In this document: piece after piece, positions 16,218 to 26,850 of the stretch | Numbering within the stretch: the stretch's first letter is position 1 | Layout: each line of letters starts with the position of its first letter | Origin: Bacilli bacterium | Lineage (GTDB): Bacteria; Bacillota_I; Bacilli_A; RFN20; CAG-826 | DNA length: 64,000 bases | Assembly (NCBI GenBank): GCA_045628045.1 | Contig: JAZQOV010000011.1 | Coordinates: forward strand, 68,912-132,911 | Direction: 5' to 3' | Program-made: the position numbers and the translations under genes | Notes under the pieces: generated by a model | Told to the model about the DNA's origin: nothing | What the model saw: the letters and a program-made list of their open reading frames with translations, nothing else | Databases searched by the model: none

Positions 16218-16981
16218 AAGCAAAATCTTTCATTAGACCTTCTTCTTTAGAAGAGGCCTATAAGCTTGTTAAAGCTTCACCAAAGAACAAAATTGTCGCT
16301 GGTGGACTTTGGCTTAAAAAAGGAAACGCTGAAGCAGAAACTCTCATTGATATTTCATCTCTTGGCCTAGACAAAATCTTAGACAAAAAAGAATACGTTG
16401 AAGTTGGCGCAATGGTTTCCCAAAGAGAACTTGAAAAATCTTCACTTGTTCCTGAAGTAATTAGAGAAGCAACTGCATTAGTTATGGGACCAGCATTCCG
16501 TAATATCGCGTCAGTTGGAGGATCAGTTTATGGAAAATATGGTTTTTCTGACATTGTCACAGCATTACTTGTATACAAAGTAGAACTCGTTTTCTACCCA
16601 GAAGCAGTAATCACACTTGATGAATACGTCAAAAAACCTGGATTTTATGATGGAATTTTAACTCACATAAGAATTTACAAAGATAATCGCAAGGCTTTCT
16701 TTAAGAAAGTTGAAATTACTGCACTTGATTATCCAATTCTTAACGTTGCAGTTTCCGAAGGAAAAGAATGCAAAATTGTTATTGGTTCACGCCCACTTGT
16801 TGCATGCGTTTGCGAGCAAGCAAGCGCACTTGCTAGCAAAGGTGAAAAGGATTTTGAAAAGATCGCTGCTTTAGCAGTTGAAGAAACAAAATTCGGTGAT
16901 TCAATCGCCACCAAAGGTGAATATAGAAAACAACTTGCACTCACTTATGTAAGACGTGGTCTTGAGGAGGTTAACAAATAA
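16214..16981 (+). CDS. molybdenum hydroxylase FAD-binding (medium) subunit, CoxM/XdhB-like
   Basis: 255 aa with a CO dehydrogenase flavoprotein-like fold. Operon context. Confidence 0.7.
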   Translation: MKAKSFIRPSSLEEAYKLVKASPKNKIVAGGLWLKKGNAEAETLIDISSLGLDKILDKKEYVEVGAMVSQRELEKSSLVPEVIREATALVMGPAFRNIASVGGSVYGKYGFSDIVTALLVYKVELVFYPEAVITLDEYVKKPGFYDGILTHIRIYKDNRKAFFKKVEITALDYPILNVAVSEGKECKIVIGSRPLVACVCEQASALASKGEKDFEKIAALAVEETKFGDSIATKGEYRKQLALTYVRRGLEEVNK

Positions 16982-17433
16982 TGTTAGTCAAATTCAATCT
17001 CAACGGACTTGATATCGAAGTCAATGTAAAACCAGGCGAGTATCTTTTAGATACACTTAGAGCTTATGGTGTTAAATCAGTCAAAAAAGGCTGTGATGGT
17101 TCCGCATGCGGAGTCTGTACAGTTCTTCTTGATGATAAACCAGTTTTATCTTGCTCAGTTTTAACTGCAAAAGTTGAAGGTCACAAAGTGACCACAGTTG
17201 AAGCAATTCAAGATGAAGCTGCTAAATTATCCGAATGCTTCTCTCGTGAAGGTGCAGATCAGTGCGGCTTCTGTAATGCAGCATTCGCACTTATGGTGCA
17301 CGCACTCAAAAAAGAAAATCCACATCCAACAGATGAGGAAATCAAAGATTATATGGTCGGAAACCTTTGCAGATGCACAGGTTATCAATCTCAACAAAAA
17401 GCAATTAAAGCTTATTTAGGAGGTAAGAAATAA
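16981..17433 (+). CDS. molybdenum hydroxylase [2Fe-2S] small subunit
   Basis: CDGSACGVCTV and …CGFCN…NLCRCTGY cysteine motifs. Confidence 0.85.
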   Translation: MLVKFNLNGLDIEVNVKPGEYLLDTLRAYGVKSVKKGCDGSACGVCTVLLDDKPVLSCSVLTAKVEGHKVTTVEAIQDEAAKLSECFSREGADQCGFCNAAFALMVHALKKENPHPTDEEIKDYMVGNLCRCTGYQSQQKAIKAYLGGKK

Positions 17434-19748
17434 TGAAAAAGAATTTCAAAGTTGTAAACAACTTAACTCCTAGTGTTGATGGAAAAGGTCTTATGCAAGG
17501 TCGTGCTGTTTACACAGACGACATTGCTCCTCAAGGTGCTTTAATTGTTAAAATTTTAAGATCACCACATGCTTTCGCAAGAATTAAATCAATTGACGTT
17601 AGTGAAGCTGAAAAACTTCCTGGCGTTGCATGTATTTTAACCAAGGATAACGTCCCACACGTTTCATTTACACGTGCAGGACAAGGTTATCCTGAACCAT
17701 CACCATACGATAAATTCATCTTGGATGAATATGTTCGTTATGTTGGTGATGAAGTTGCTGCAGTTGCAGCAGTTGATGAAGAAACTGCTTTAGCAGCAAT
17801 GAAGCTCATCAAAGTTGATTATGAGGTTTTAAAACCAGTCCTCAACTTTGAAGAAGCTTTTGAAAACGAATCAGTTATCCACCCAGAAGATGGAATCCAT
17901 GACATGTTCCCAATTGGTTTTGAACCAAAGAAGAATGTTGCAGCATCTTATGAGATGGAAGTTGGCAACGTCGAAGAAGAATTAAAGAAATCTGAAGTTG
18001 TTGTCGAAGACACATTCTATTCACAAGCACAAGCTCACGCTATGATCGAGCCACACACTTGTAATGCACGCTTAGACGAGCACAATAGACTTGTTGTTTA
18101 TTCCACAACTCAAACTCCATATCATATGCGTAGAATCATCTGCAAGACCTTAGGTCTTCCAGTTGATAGAGTTAGAGTCATTAAACCAAGAGTTGGTGGT
18201 GGCTTTGGTGGAAAACAAGCTTTCCATGGTGAAATGTTTGTCTCCCTTGTTACTTTAAGAACAAATAAACCTGCAAAATGTGTTTATACTCGTGAAGAAG
18301 TATTTGGTTGTTCTTATACGAGACACCCAATGAGAATCTCACTTAGAGTTGGTGCAAATAAAGATGGTGTTATTAACGCAATCGATTGCCGCACTCTTTC
18401 AGATACAGGTGCTTATGGTGAACACGCTTTAACAGTCTTTATGATTGTTGGTTCTAAAGTTTTGCCACTTTATAACAAAGTTAAAGCTGTTAAATTCGGT
18501 GGAAGAGTTGTTTACACGAACCATGTATCTGCGGGCGCATATCGTGGTTATGGTGCTATTCAAGGTAACTACGCAGTTGAATCCATCATTGATGAACTTG
18601 CGGAAAAGCTTCATATGGATCCAATTAAGCTTCGTGAAATTAACTCCATGAAGGAAAAAGAAACTTCCCCAATCTTTAAGATTATGGGTGAAGGTACCGA
18701 AGGTACAGAAATGATTATGGAAAGCTGCAAGCTTCCATATTGTATTAAACGTGGTCGTGAACTTATGGATTGGGACAAGAAATACCCAGTTAAGAAAGTT
18801 GGAGATCACAAAATTAGATCAGTTGGTTGCGCAATTGCCATGCAAGGTTCAGGAATTCCATTCTTAGATATGGGTTCTTGTACAATTAAACTTAATGATG
18901 GTGGCTCATACATGGTCACCGTTGGTGCTACTGATATTGGACAAGGCTCTGATACAGTTATTTCTCAAATTGTTGCAGAAGCTCTTCAAACAACAATGGA
19001 CAAAGTCATTATCTATTCATCTGATACAGACTTAACTCCATACGATTGTGGTGCTTACGCTTCTTCAACAACCTATGTTTCTGGTAACGCAGCATATAAT
19101 GCTGCTTGCAAGATGAGAGAAAGACTTCTTAAAGAAGCTGCAGTTGAACTCAAAGTAAAACCAGATGAGGTTGAATTTGATGGAACAACATTTAAAGCTG
19201 GCAAGAAGTCAATCTCACTTGTTGATTTATCAACAGGAAGACTTTATAACAACAATACACATCAAATTGCTGTTACAGAATCTTATCATGGTCATGTTTC
19301 TCCACCTCCATTTATGGCAGCATTTGGAGAATTCGAATTTGACACAGAAACTTACGAATACAAGATGATTAAGTACGTTACAGTTACTGACTGTGGTACA
19401 ACAATTAACCCAGCATTGGCCAAAGGCCAAGTTGAAGGTGGTATTATCCAAGGTTATGGCATGGCTTCAAGTGAAGCGGTGCTTTATAGCTCAAATGGAA
19501 AACTACTTTCAAATACTTTTGATACTTATCACATTCCAACTGTCAAAGAAGTTGGTGAGCTTGTTACTGAATTTGCTGATTCATATGAACCAACAGGTCC
19601 ATTTGGCGCAAAATCAGTTGGTGAAATTGGTATTGATACACCTCCAGCAGTACTCTGCAATGCAGTTTACAATGCTTTCGGTGTAAGAATTCATCATTTA
19701 CCAATCACACCAGAAAAAATCTTTGAAACAATGAAGGCTAAAAAATAA
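17433..19748 (+). CDS. xanthine dehydrogenase-family molybdopterin-binding large subunit
   Basis: 771 aa. Aldehyde oxidase/xanthine dehydrogenase a/b hammerhead and MoCo-binding regions (GGGFGGK, …GQGS…). Confidence 0.85.
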   Translation: MKKNFKVVNNLTPSVDGKGLMQGRAVYTDDIAPQGALIVKILRSPHAFARIKSIDVSEAEKLPGVACILTKDNVPHVSFTRAGQGYPEPSPYDKFILDEYVRYVGDEVAAVAAVDEETALAAMKLIKVDYEVLKPVLNFEEAFENESVIHPEDGIHDMFPIGFEPKKNVAASYEMEVGNVEEELKKSEVVVEDTFYSQAQAHAMIEPHTCNARLDEHNRLVVYSTTQTPYHMRRIICKTLGLPVDRVRVIKPRVGGGFGGKQAFHGEMFVSLVTLRTNKPAKCVYTREEVFGCSYTRHPMRISLRVGANKDGVINAIDCRTLSDTGAYGEHALTVFMIVGSKVLPLYNKVKAVKFGGRVVYTNHVSAGAYRGYGAIQGNYAVESIIDELAEKLHMDPIKLREINSMKEKETSPIFKIMGEGTEGTEMIMESCKLPYCIKRGRELMDWDKKYPVKKVGDHKIRSVGCAIAMQGSGIPFLDMGSCTIKLNDGGSYMVTVGATDIGQGSDTVISQIVAEALQTTMDKVIIYSSDTDLTPYDCGAYASSTTYVSGNAAYNAACKMRERLLKEAAVELKVKPDEVEFDGTTFKAGKKSISLVDLSTGRLYNNNTHQIAVTESYHGHVSPPPFMAAFGEFEFDTETYEYKMIKYVTVTDCGTTINPALAKGQVEGGIIQGYGMASSEAVLYSSNGKLLSNTFDTYHIPTVKEVGELVTEFADSYEPTGPFGAKSVGEIGIDTPPAVLCNAVYNAFGVRIHHLPITPEKIFETMKAKK

Positions 19749-21052
19749 TGAACGATTTACTTGTCAAAAACGGTTTAGTATTCCTAAAAGGAAAATGGGT
19801 TAAGACCAACTTAGCCGTTTTAGGCGAGAAAATTGTTTATATTGGTGAAAAAGAACAAGAAGCAACAGAAGTTATTGATGCTGAAGGACTAAAAGTCCTT
19901 CCAGGATTAATTGATCCTCATATTCATTTTGAACTTAATTGCGGAAGAGTTACTTCTTGTGATGATTTCTATTCAGGTTCTATTGCCGCTGCTTATGGTG
20001 GAGTTACAACTTATGTTGATTTCCTTGATCCTACAAGTAACGCTGAGGAACTTGAAAAGTCTTATTATGAACGTATTGCTTTGGCAAAGAAGTCAGTTGT
20101 TGACTATCACATGCACGCTTGCATAAAAATGCCAAACGGTGATTTAGAGGAATACGTTAAGACCGTTGTAAAACTCGGAATGCGCACAATTAAGTTGTTT
20201 ACAACTTATAGTGACACAGGACGTAGAACTTATGACAAAGACATTATTGAATTACTTAAATTAAGTAAAAAATATAATGTTATGATTTGTGCTCATATTG
20301 AAAATGATGACTTAATTGACCTTAGAGAAGGTTATACCTTCAAGGATCTTCCAGTTTCTCGTCCAAGTATCTCTGAGACTAGCGAAGCTCTTAAACTTGC
20401 TAAGATTGTCCGTGAAACTGGTGGTAATTTCTACATGGTTCACTGCTCTAGTGGCGAAACTCTTAAGGCGCTCAAAGAGCAATTTAGTGATATTTTAGGT
20501 AAAAACTTCTTTGTGGAAAGTTGTCCTCAATATTTTGTATTTAATAATTCAGTTCTTGAGGAAGATAATGGCAAGTTATTTACATTTGCTCCACCTCTAA
20601 GAAGTGAAAGAGAAAGACAGCTACTTGTTGCTAACTATAAAGACATTATTTCTATTGGCACAGACCATTGTGCATTTATGAAAAAAGAGAAGGATTTCCC
20701 ACGTCTAATGGGCTTCCCACTTGGCGTTGGTGGAATCGAACATAGTTTCTCAATTATGTATAAAAGATTTGGTGAAGAAATCATCGATAAAATGTCAAAA
20801 AACACGGGAATTCTCCAGGATTTTCCAACTAAAGGAGAACTTGAAGTTGGTAAAGATGCAGACATTTCTATCTTTAAAGAAGTGCCAGATTTTATTGAAA
20901 AAGAAAACCATGGAACTTGTGATTATTCGATATATGATGGAGTCCTTGGTTCAGGTGAATTTGTACACGTAATTAATCGTGGAAAATTTGTTATCAAAAA
21001 CAGAAAACTTATTCCACATGTTGGAAAAGAAATTGTTTGTGGGGTGAAATAA
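19748..21052 (+). CDS. cyclic amidohydrolase (hydantoinase/dihydropyrimidinase family, HyuA-like)
   Basis: DPHIHF metal-binding motif and amidohydrolase fold. Genomic context matches the E. coli ygeW-hyuA-ssnA-type cluster. Confidence 0.7.
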   Translation: MNDLLVKNGLVFLKGKWVKTNLAVLGEKIVYIGEKEQEATEVIDAEGLKVLPGLIDPHIHFELNCGRVTSCDDFYSGSIAAAYGGVTTYVDFLDPTSNAEELEKSYYERIALAKKSVVDYHMHACIKMPNGDLEEYVKTVVKLGMRTIKLFTTYSDTGRRTYDKDIIELLKLSKKYNVMICAHIENDDLIDLREGYTFKDLPVSRPSISETSEALKLAKIVRETGGNFYMVHCSSGETLKALKEQFSDILGKNFFVESCPQYFVFNNSVLEEDNGKLFTFAPPLRSERERQLLVANYKDIISIGTDHCAFMKKEKDFPRLMGFPLGVGGIEHSFSIMYKRFGEEIIDKMSKNTGILQDFPTKGELEVGKDADISIFKEVPDFIEKENHGTCDYSIYDGVLGSGEFVHVINRGKFVIKNRKLIPHVGKEIVCGVK

Positions 21053-21053
21053 T

Positions 21054-22346
21054 ATGAACGCTATTATTAACGCTAGAATTTATGACTATGTAACCTACAT
21101 TGAAAACGGGTATCTTATTTACGACGATAAGATTGTTGAAGTGGGAGACATGAAAAACTTCAAAAATAAAGGATTCGACAAAATCGAAGACTATGAAGGT
21201 GATTTACTCATGCCTACATTTGTTTGTGCACACTCTCACATATATTCGATTTTTGCTCGTGGCTTATCTCTTCCATTTAATCCACAAAATTTCCAAGATA
21301 TTTTGAATCAAATGTGGTGGAAGATTGATGCAGAGCTTGTTAACAAAGAAACTTATTATTCAGGAATTGCAGCAGGTAGTGAATTCCTTCTTAACGGAGT
21401 TACATCTGTAATTGACCATCATGCATCTGGTGAAATCACAGGTTCTTTGAAAGAACTTAGAAAAGCTTTTGTGGGTCCACTTAAAATGCGTGGTATTTTC
21501 TGTTTTGAAACTTCAGATCGTTATGATGTGAAGAAATGTTTAAAAGAAAACGCTAGCTTCGCTAAAAAATATCCTGGTGAAGGATTATTTGGCATGCACG
21601 CTTCAATGTCTATTTCAGATAAAACACTTAAAGGCATTGCTAAAGCTCAAAACGGTGTTCCTTTACACGTGCATTGTGCTGAAAGCGAAATGGATGAAGC
21701 TGATAGCCTTGCAAAATATAAAAAGAATATTATTAAAAGATTTGATGATGCTGGAATACTAATTCCAAATTCACTCGTCGTTCATGGTGTTCATCTAAAA
21801 GATGAAGAACTTGAAATAATCGCTAAAAATAAATGTTATATGGTTGTTAATACAACCTCAAATATGAACAATGCAGTTGGTTTACCATTTGTTAAAAACT
21901 ACATTGATCATAATATTCCAGTTATGGTTGGAAACGATGGCCTTAATTCAAATATGGCCAGCGAATATATGAATGTTTTGTTCTCAGGACATTTAAGAGT
22001 TGGTTCTCCAACTGCATTAGGTGTTGGTGATATTCAAAACATGATTAGAAATTCTTACAAATACGTCGGTGAAAGACTCGGCGTAAAACTTGGTGAATTT
22101 AAGAAGGGTTACGAAGCAGATTTCATGAGAGTTCATTATCGTCCATTCACAAAAATGGATGAGACAAATGCACTCGGTCATATCGTGTTTGGACTCTTCC
22201 CAAATTTCAAACCAAGAGACGTTTATACTTACGGTAAAAAACGAGTAAATAACTACAAAATCGCCAGTAAATCCCTGGTAAATCAGGTTATTGAGGCCAG
22301 AAAATATGCTGACGAATTATGGGCCAAAGTTAAAGGAGGAAAATAA
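21054..22346 (+). CDS. ssnA: putative aminohydrolase SsnA
   Basis: Long collinear match to E. coli SsnA (…CAHSHIYS…NQMWWKIDAEL…YYSG…SVIDHHAS…GSL…CFETSDR…). Confidence 0.85.
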   Translation: MNAIINARIYDYVTYIENGYLIYDDKIVEVGDMKNFKNKGFDKIEDYEGDLLMPTFVCAHSHIYSIFARGLSLPFNPQNFQDILNQMWWKIDAELVNKETYYSGIAAGSEFLLNGVTSVIDHHASGEITGSLKELRKAFVGPLKMRGIFCFETSDRYDVKKCLKENASFAKKYPGEGLFGMHASMSISDKTLKGIAKAQNGVPLHVHCAESEMDEADSLAKYKKNIIKRFDDAGILIPNSLVVHGVHLKDEELEIIAKNKCYMVVNTTSNMNNAVGLPFVKNYIDHNIPVMVGNDGLNSNMASEYMNVLFSGHLRVGSPTALGVGDIQNMIRNSYKYVGERLGVKLGEFKKGYEADFMRVHYRPFTKMDETNALGHIVFGLFPNFKPRDVYTYGKKRVNNYKIASKSLVNQVIEARKYADELWAKVKGGK

Positions 22347-22348
22347 CT

Positions 22349-23446
22349 ATGGACATTTCTACAAAGTTTGACGGATTAGTACTTGATAATCCACTTATGC
22401 CAGCAGCAGGACCAGTCGTTGGTGATGCTGAAAAAATGTTATGGCTTGAGAAGGTTGCAGGTTGTGGTGCAATTGTTGCAAAAACAATCTCAACAAAAGA
22501 TGCTCACATTCCACATCCATGTATTTATGGTGATCGTGATTACATCATGAATTGTGAATTATGGACTGAACACACAAAAGAAAAATGGATTAACGAGTTT
22601 TTACCTTTTTATAAGAAAAATTCTATTGGTAAGCCACTTATTATTTCAGTTGGTTATACCAAAGAAGATATGGAAGTGCTCATTCCTTTACTTGATAAGT
22701 TTGCAGATGCATTCGAAGTTTCAACTCATTACGTTGGAAATGATTTAAATCAACTTGCTGAAACAGTTTCGACCATTAGAAGACTTACAAAGAAGCCTTT
22801 TTATATGAAAATATCAGCTCATATGCCAGATCCTGAAGGATTTGCCCATACAATTAAAGAAAATGGTGCAAACGGTGTTGTTGCAGTTAACTCACTTGGA
22901 CCATCAATGAAAATTGATATCGAAAAACGTGAAATTATTTATGGAAACGCTAAAGGTTTTGCTTGGACAAGCGGACCATATATTAAAAATATTGCTTTAG
23001 CAACAGTTTATACAATTAAGAAAGCTGAACCATCATTAACAGTTATTGGTGTTGGTGGTATTGCTACAGCAAGTGATGTTATTGAATTCTTACTTGCAGG
23101 CGCTAGCGCAGTTCAAATGCTTTCAGCAGCAATGCTTCGTGGTAAAGAACTCTATGCAAAAATTATTGCTGACCTCCCAGCAGCTTTAGAAAAGTATGGA
23201 TTCAAATCAGTTGAAGATGTTATTAAGACAGGCTTACATCAAGAACTTCGCTACGAAATGGGCGATGCTCCAACAGTTGATGCTACAAAATGTAGCAAAT
23301 GTGGAACTTGTGCAAGAATCTGTCCATATTTTGCTATTGAAATGGATGGAACTCCAAAATTCAATTCTGAAAAATGTTTTAGATGTGGACTTTGTGTTTC
23401 AAAATGTCCAGTCAAGGCACTTACATATCATAAAGGAGCTAAGTAA
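22349..23446 (+). CDS. dihydroorotate/dihydropyrimidine dehydrogenase-like TIM-barrel oxidoreductase with C-terminal 2x[4Fe-4S] ferredoxin (PreA-like)
   Basis: DHO_dh-type barrel. The C-terminus carries CSKCGTCARICP and CFRCGLCVSKCP. Confidence 0.75.
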   Translation: MDISTKFDGLVLDNPLMPAAGPVVGDAEKMLWLEKVAGCGAIVAKTISTKDAHIPHPCIYGDRDYIMNCELWTEHTKEKWINEFLPFYKKNSIGKPLIISVGYTKEDMEVLIPLLDKFADAFEVSTHYVGNDLNQLAETVSTIRRLTKKPFYMKISAHMPDPEGFAHTIKENGANGVVAVNSLGPSMKIDIEKREIIYGNAKGFAWTSGPYIKNIALATVYTIKKAEPSLTVIGVGGIATASDVIEFLLAGASAVQMLSAAMLRGKELYAKIIADLPAALEKYGFKSVEDVIKTGLHQELRYEMGDAPTVDATKCSKCGTCARICPYFAIEMDGTPKFNSEKCFRCGLCVSKCPVKALTYHKGAK

Positions 23447-25542
23447 TGGAGAAATTTAAAACCTCCACAGCAAAGGTTGATTTTCCTGAAAAAGTTCGTG
23501 GCGAAGCAAAGTTCACAGATGATATTAGCTTCCCTGGTATGCTTTTCGCGAAAACTGTAAGATCAACAGTTGCCCGTGGAAAAATTAGAAAGATTACATT
23601 ACCAAAAATGCCAGAAGGTTATCACTGGTTTTGTGCTGACGATATAAGAGGCGAAAACGTCGTAAATATTATCTTTTCAGACTGGCCAGTTTTTGCTGCA
23701 GGGAGAGTTAATTTTATTGGCGAATCTATCGGCATTTTTGTTGGAAAAGACAAGGGAATTCTCGATGATTTAGCAGAAAAAATACAAATTGAGTATGAAG
23801 AAGAAACCCCTGTTTTTGAGATGAAAGAAAGCTACATTCACAAGGCCTTCAAAAAGGGTGATTACGAGGCAGCAAAAAGAAGAGCTGTGAAGATAATCAA
23901 ACACACTTATGAAACCGGCTATCAAGAACAAGCTTATTTAGAAAACCAAGGCATCATTGCATACTTTGATGAAAACGATAAACTCACTTTAACAGGTTCA
24001 ATGCAATGTCCTTTCTATATTAAACGTGCAGTCATGAGATCATGCGCGCTTAAGGATGACGAAGTAAGAGTTATTCAACCTGCAGTTGGTGGAGCCTTTG
24101 GTGGAAAAGAACATTATCCATCAATGATTGGCTCTCAAGTTGCAGTTGCTGCTTTAGCACTTCATAAACCAGTAAAGATGTGTTTCGAACGTGCGGAAGA
24201 TACAACTTTCACAACAAAACGCCATCCTTCACATAGTGAATACGAAGCATTAGTTGATGAAAATAACAATATTTTAGGTTTGAAGATTAGAGTTGGACTT
24301 AATGGTGGAGCTTATAAAGGATGCTCTGGTGTTGTTCTTTCTCGTGCTTTAATTGCATCTTCAAATGCATATGTATTTGAAAACCTTGATGTTGTTGGAG
24401 ATGTTTATATGACAAACACAACTCCAACAGCCGCATTTAGAGGCTTTGGATCTCCTCAAACAATATTCGCAATGGAGATGTTTATTCATCACGTTGCGAA
24501 AGAACTTGGAGTCGATCCACTTGAACTTAGATTTAAGTACCTTGCAAAGCAAGGTGATGTTACTGCAAACTCAGGCCATTTCCATGATCCTATTGTTTTA
24601 AAAGAACTCATGGAAAAGGCAATGAAGATGTCAGATTATAAACGCAAATTAGCGAAGTATTCTAAACCAGGATGCAACAAAGGAATTGGCATGTCTATCT
24701 TCCTTCATGGTTGTGGTTTTACTGGTTCTGGAGAAACAGATATTATTCATGGTAAAGTCAAACTTGTTAAGGACGAAAATGACCATGTTTATTGCTATGC
24801 AGCGCCTGTTGATTTTGGTCAAGGAAATCGCACTACTTTGAAGAAAATAGTGTCAAATACCCTAGGAATTCCTGAAGATTCTGTATCTTTTGAGGCTCCT
24901 GACACAGACCATACTCCAGACTCTGGACCAACTGCTGCTTCACGTACAATCATCATCGTTGGTTTCTTATTTGAGAAGTGTGCAAAACACTTAAAAGAAA
25001 TTTGGAAATCTGGTGAAAGACAAGAATACGTTGAACCTTACGTTGGACCAGAATACATTCACTGGGATGAAGATACAATGCAAGGTGATGCTTATCCAGG
25101 TTATTCTTGGGGCGTTAACGTTGTTGAAGTTGAATTTAATCCAGTTACATATCAAATTTCAGTCTTAAATACTTGGTCAACATATGATGTTGGTCGTGTT
25201 GTAGACGAAAGAATTGCTGTAGGTCAAGCTGATGGTGGTTTACTCCAAGGTTTAGGCTATGGCTATTTAGAAGAAATGAAATGTGTTGACGGAAGAATGA
25301 GAAACAGAAACCTTTCCGATTACATTATTCCAACATTTAAAGATGCTCCTCATATGGAAACTGCATTCATTGATAATCCATTTATTTATGGTGCAAACGG
25401 AGCAAAGGGAATGGGAGAACTTACTCTTGTTGGTGGTGCTCCTGCAGTGTGTCTTGCAATTGAGAACGCAATTGGCAAAAAAATCACGAAAATCCCAGCA
25501 AATCCTGAATATCTTATGGAGGTTATGAAACATGAAAATTAG
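23446..25542 (+). CDS. second xanthine dehydrogenase-family molybdopterin-binding subunit
   Basis: 698 aa. GGAFGGKE and MoCo-binding segments. Paralogous to 17433-19748. Confidence 0.85.
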   Translation: MEKFKTSTAKVDFPEKVRGEAKFTDDISFPGMLFAKTVRSTVARGKIRKITLPKMPEGYHWFCADDIRGENVVNIIFSDWPVFAAGRVNFIGESIGIFVGKDKGILDDLAEKIQIEYEEETPVFEMKESYIHKAFKKGDYEAAKRRAVKIIKHTYETGYQEQAYLENQGIIAYFDENDKLTLTGSMQCPFYIKRAVMRSCALKDDEVRVIQPAVGGAFGGKEHYPSMIGSQVAVAALALHKPVKMCFERAEDTTFTTKRHPSHSEYEALVDENNNILGLKIRVGLNGGAYKGCSGVVLSRALIASSNAYVFENLDVVGDVYMTNTTPTAAFRGFGSPQTIFAMEMFIHHVAKELGVDPLELRFKYLAKQGDVTANSGHFHDPIVLKELMEKAMKMSDYKRKLAKYSKPGCNKGIGMSIFLHGCGFTGSGETDIIHGKVKLVKDENDHVYCYAAPVDFGQGNRTTLKKIVSNTLGIPEDSVSFEAPDTDHTPDSGPTAASRTIIIVGFLFEKCAKHLKEIWKSGERQEYVEPYVGPEYIHWDEDTMQGDAYPGYSWGVNVVEVEFNPVTYQISVLNTWSTYDVGRVVDERIAVGQADGGLLQGLGYGYLEEMKCVDGRMRNRNLSDYIIPTFKDAPHMETAFIDNPFIYGANGAKGMGELTLVGGAPAVCLAIENAIGKKITKIPANPEYLMEVMKHEN

Positions 25543-26002
25543 TTTTAAAATGAACGGAAAACCTGTTTCTTTAGAGTTAGATCCATCCATGAGAATGCTT
25601 GATGTTATTAGAGATGTTCTTCATCTTAATGGCACCAAGGAAGGATGTGGTGAAGGTTCATGTGGTGCATGTGTTGTTTTAATGGATGGAAAATCTATTA
25701 ACTCATGCTTACTTCCTGTTGCAAACGCAATCGGACATGAATTTGTCACAATCGAAGGTTTAAAAGAAACCAAAGAATTTGATGTGCTTCAAAAAGCATT
25801 CGCTGAAATGGGCGGTTCACAATGTGGTTTCTGCACTCCAGGAATGATTATTGCAGCTTATTCTCTTCTTAAACATAATCCTCATCCTACTGAAGATGAA
25901 GTTAGAGAAGGAATGGCTGGTAACCTTTGTAGATGCACTGGTTATCAAGCAATTGTCCAAGCTGTTTTAAAAGCAAGTAAGAAAGGAGCTCATTTATGGT
26001 AG
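25532..26002 (+). CDS. second [2Fe-2S] small subunit
   Basis: CGEGSCGACVV…CGFCTPG…NLCRCTGYQ. Confidence 0.85.
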   Translation: MKISFKMNGKPVSLELDPSMRMLDVIRDVLHLNGTKEGCGEGSCGACVVLMDGKSINSCLLPVANAIGHEFVTIEGLKETKEFDVLQKAFAEMGGSQCGFCTPGMIIAAYSLLKHNPHPTEDEVREGMAGNLCRCTGYQAIVQAVLKASKKGAHLW

Positions 26003-26850
26003 AAAAATACATTGTTTCTAGCAAAAAAGAGGCTTTAGAAGTCCTTTCTAAGCATGATTGCTATGTTTTGGCAGGTGGAAGTGACCTTATGGTCATGAAG
26101 AGAAATACTGCAGGGCAACTTCCTAAATTTGATAAAGACGTTTTATATCTTTCACACGTGGATGAATTAAAAGGTATTTACGTGGACGAAGAAGGTTGCC
26201 ATATCAAAGCTATGACAACTCTTGATGAAGTAGAACATAATAAATATGTTCCTTCACTTCTTCGTAAGGCAGTTTCAGAAGTTGCTTCTACAAATATTCG
26301 TCACTTTGCTACTTTAGTAGGTAACCTCGCAAATGCATCTCCAGCCGGAGACACAATTGTTGTGGATATTTTACTTGGTGCAAAAGTTAAACTTGAATCA
26401 GTAAATGGCACACGAATTGTAGACGCTGAAAAGTTTGTTTTGGGTGTCAGAAAAATTGATCGCAAACCTGAAGAATTAATCACCGAAATTATCTTCCCAG
26501 AAGTTAAATACACTGGTGATATGTGGTACAAAGTTGGCTCAAGAAAAGCTGAGTCCATTTCTAAAGTAATGGTGGCTGGATTCTACAAAATATCCGGGAA
26601 AACCATAGGAAATTTCGCTTTATCCTTCGGTTCTGTAAGTATTAAAGCAGTACGTTCTCACGAGATTGAAAACGAAATTATTGGCTTAACACTTAAAGAA
26701 CTCGAAAGTCGTAAAGATGAGTTTGTTAAAAAATACGGTAAGTTTGTAACTCCGATTGATGATCAACGTTCAACCGCTGAATATCGTCGTAAAGTTGCAG
26801 AAAATATTGTTGCCGAATTTTTAAATAAAATAGTGAAAGGAGGAAAGTAA
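25996..26850 (+). CDS. second FAD-binding subunit
   Basis: 284 aa. Molybdopterin-dehydrogenase FAD-binding fold (…VLAGGSDLMV…). Confidence 0.75.
   Translation: MVEKYIVSSKKEALEVLSKHDCYVLAGGSDLMVMKRNTAGQLPKFDKDVLYLSHVDELKGIYVDEEGCHIKAMTTLDEVEHNKYVPSLLRKAVSEVASTNIRHFATLVGNLANASPAGDTIVVDILLGAKVKLESVNGTRIVDAEKFVLGVRKIDRKPEELITEIIFPEVKYTGDMWYKVGSRKAESISKVMVAGFYKISGKTIGNFALSFGSVSIKAVRSHEIENEIIGLTLKELESRKDEFVKKYGKFVTPIDDQRSTAEYRRKVAENIVAEFLNKIVKGGK

Noticed and set aside
18429-20972. Multiple 60-126-aa ORFs on either strand inside the Mo-hydroxylase and hydantoinase genes.
   Set aside because: They are embedded in strongly supported enzyme genes and lack RBS or conservation.
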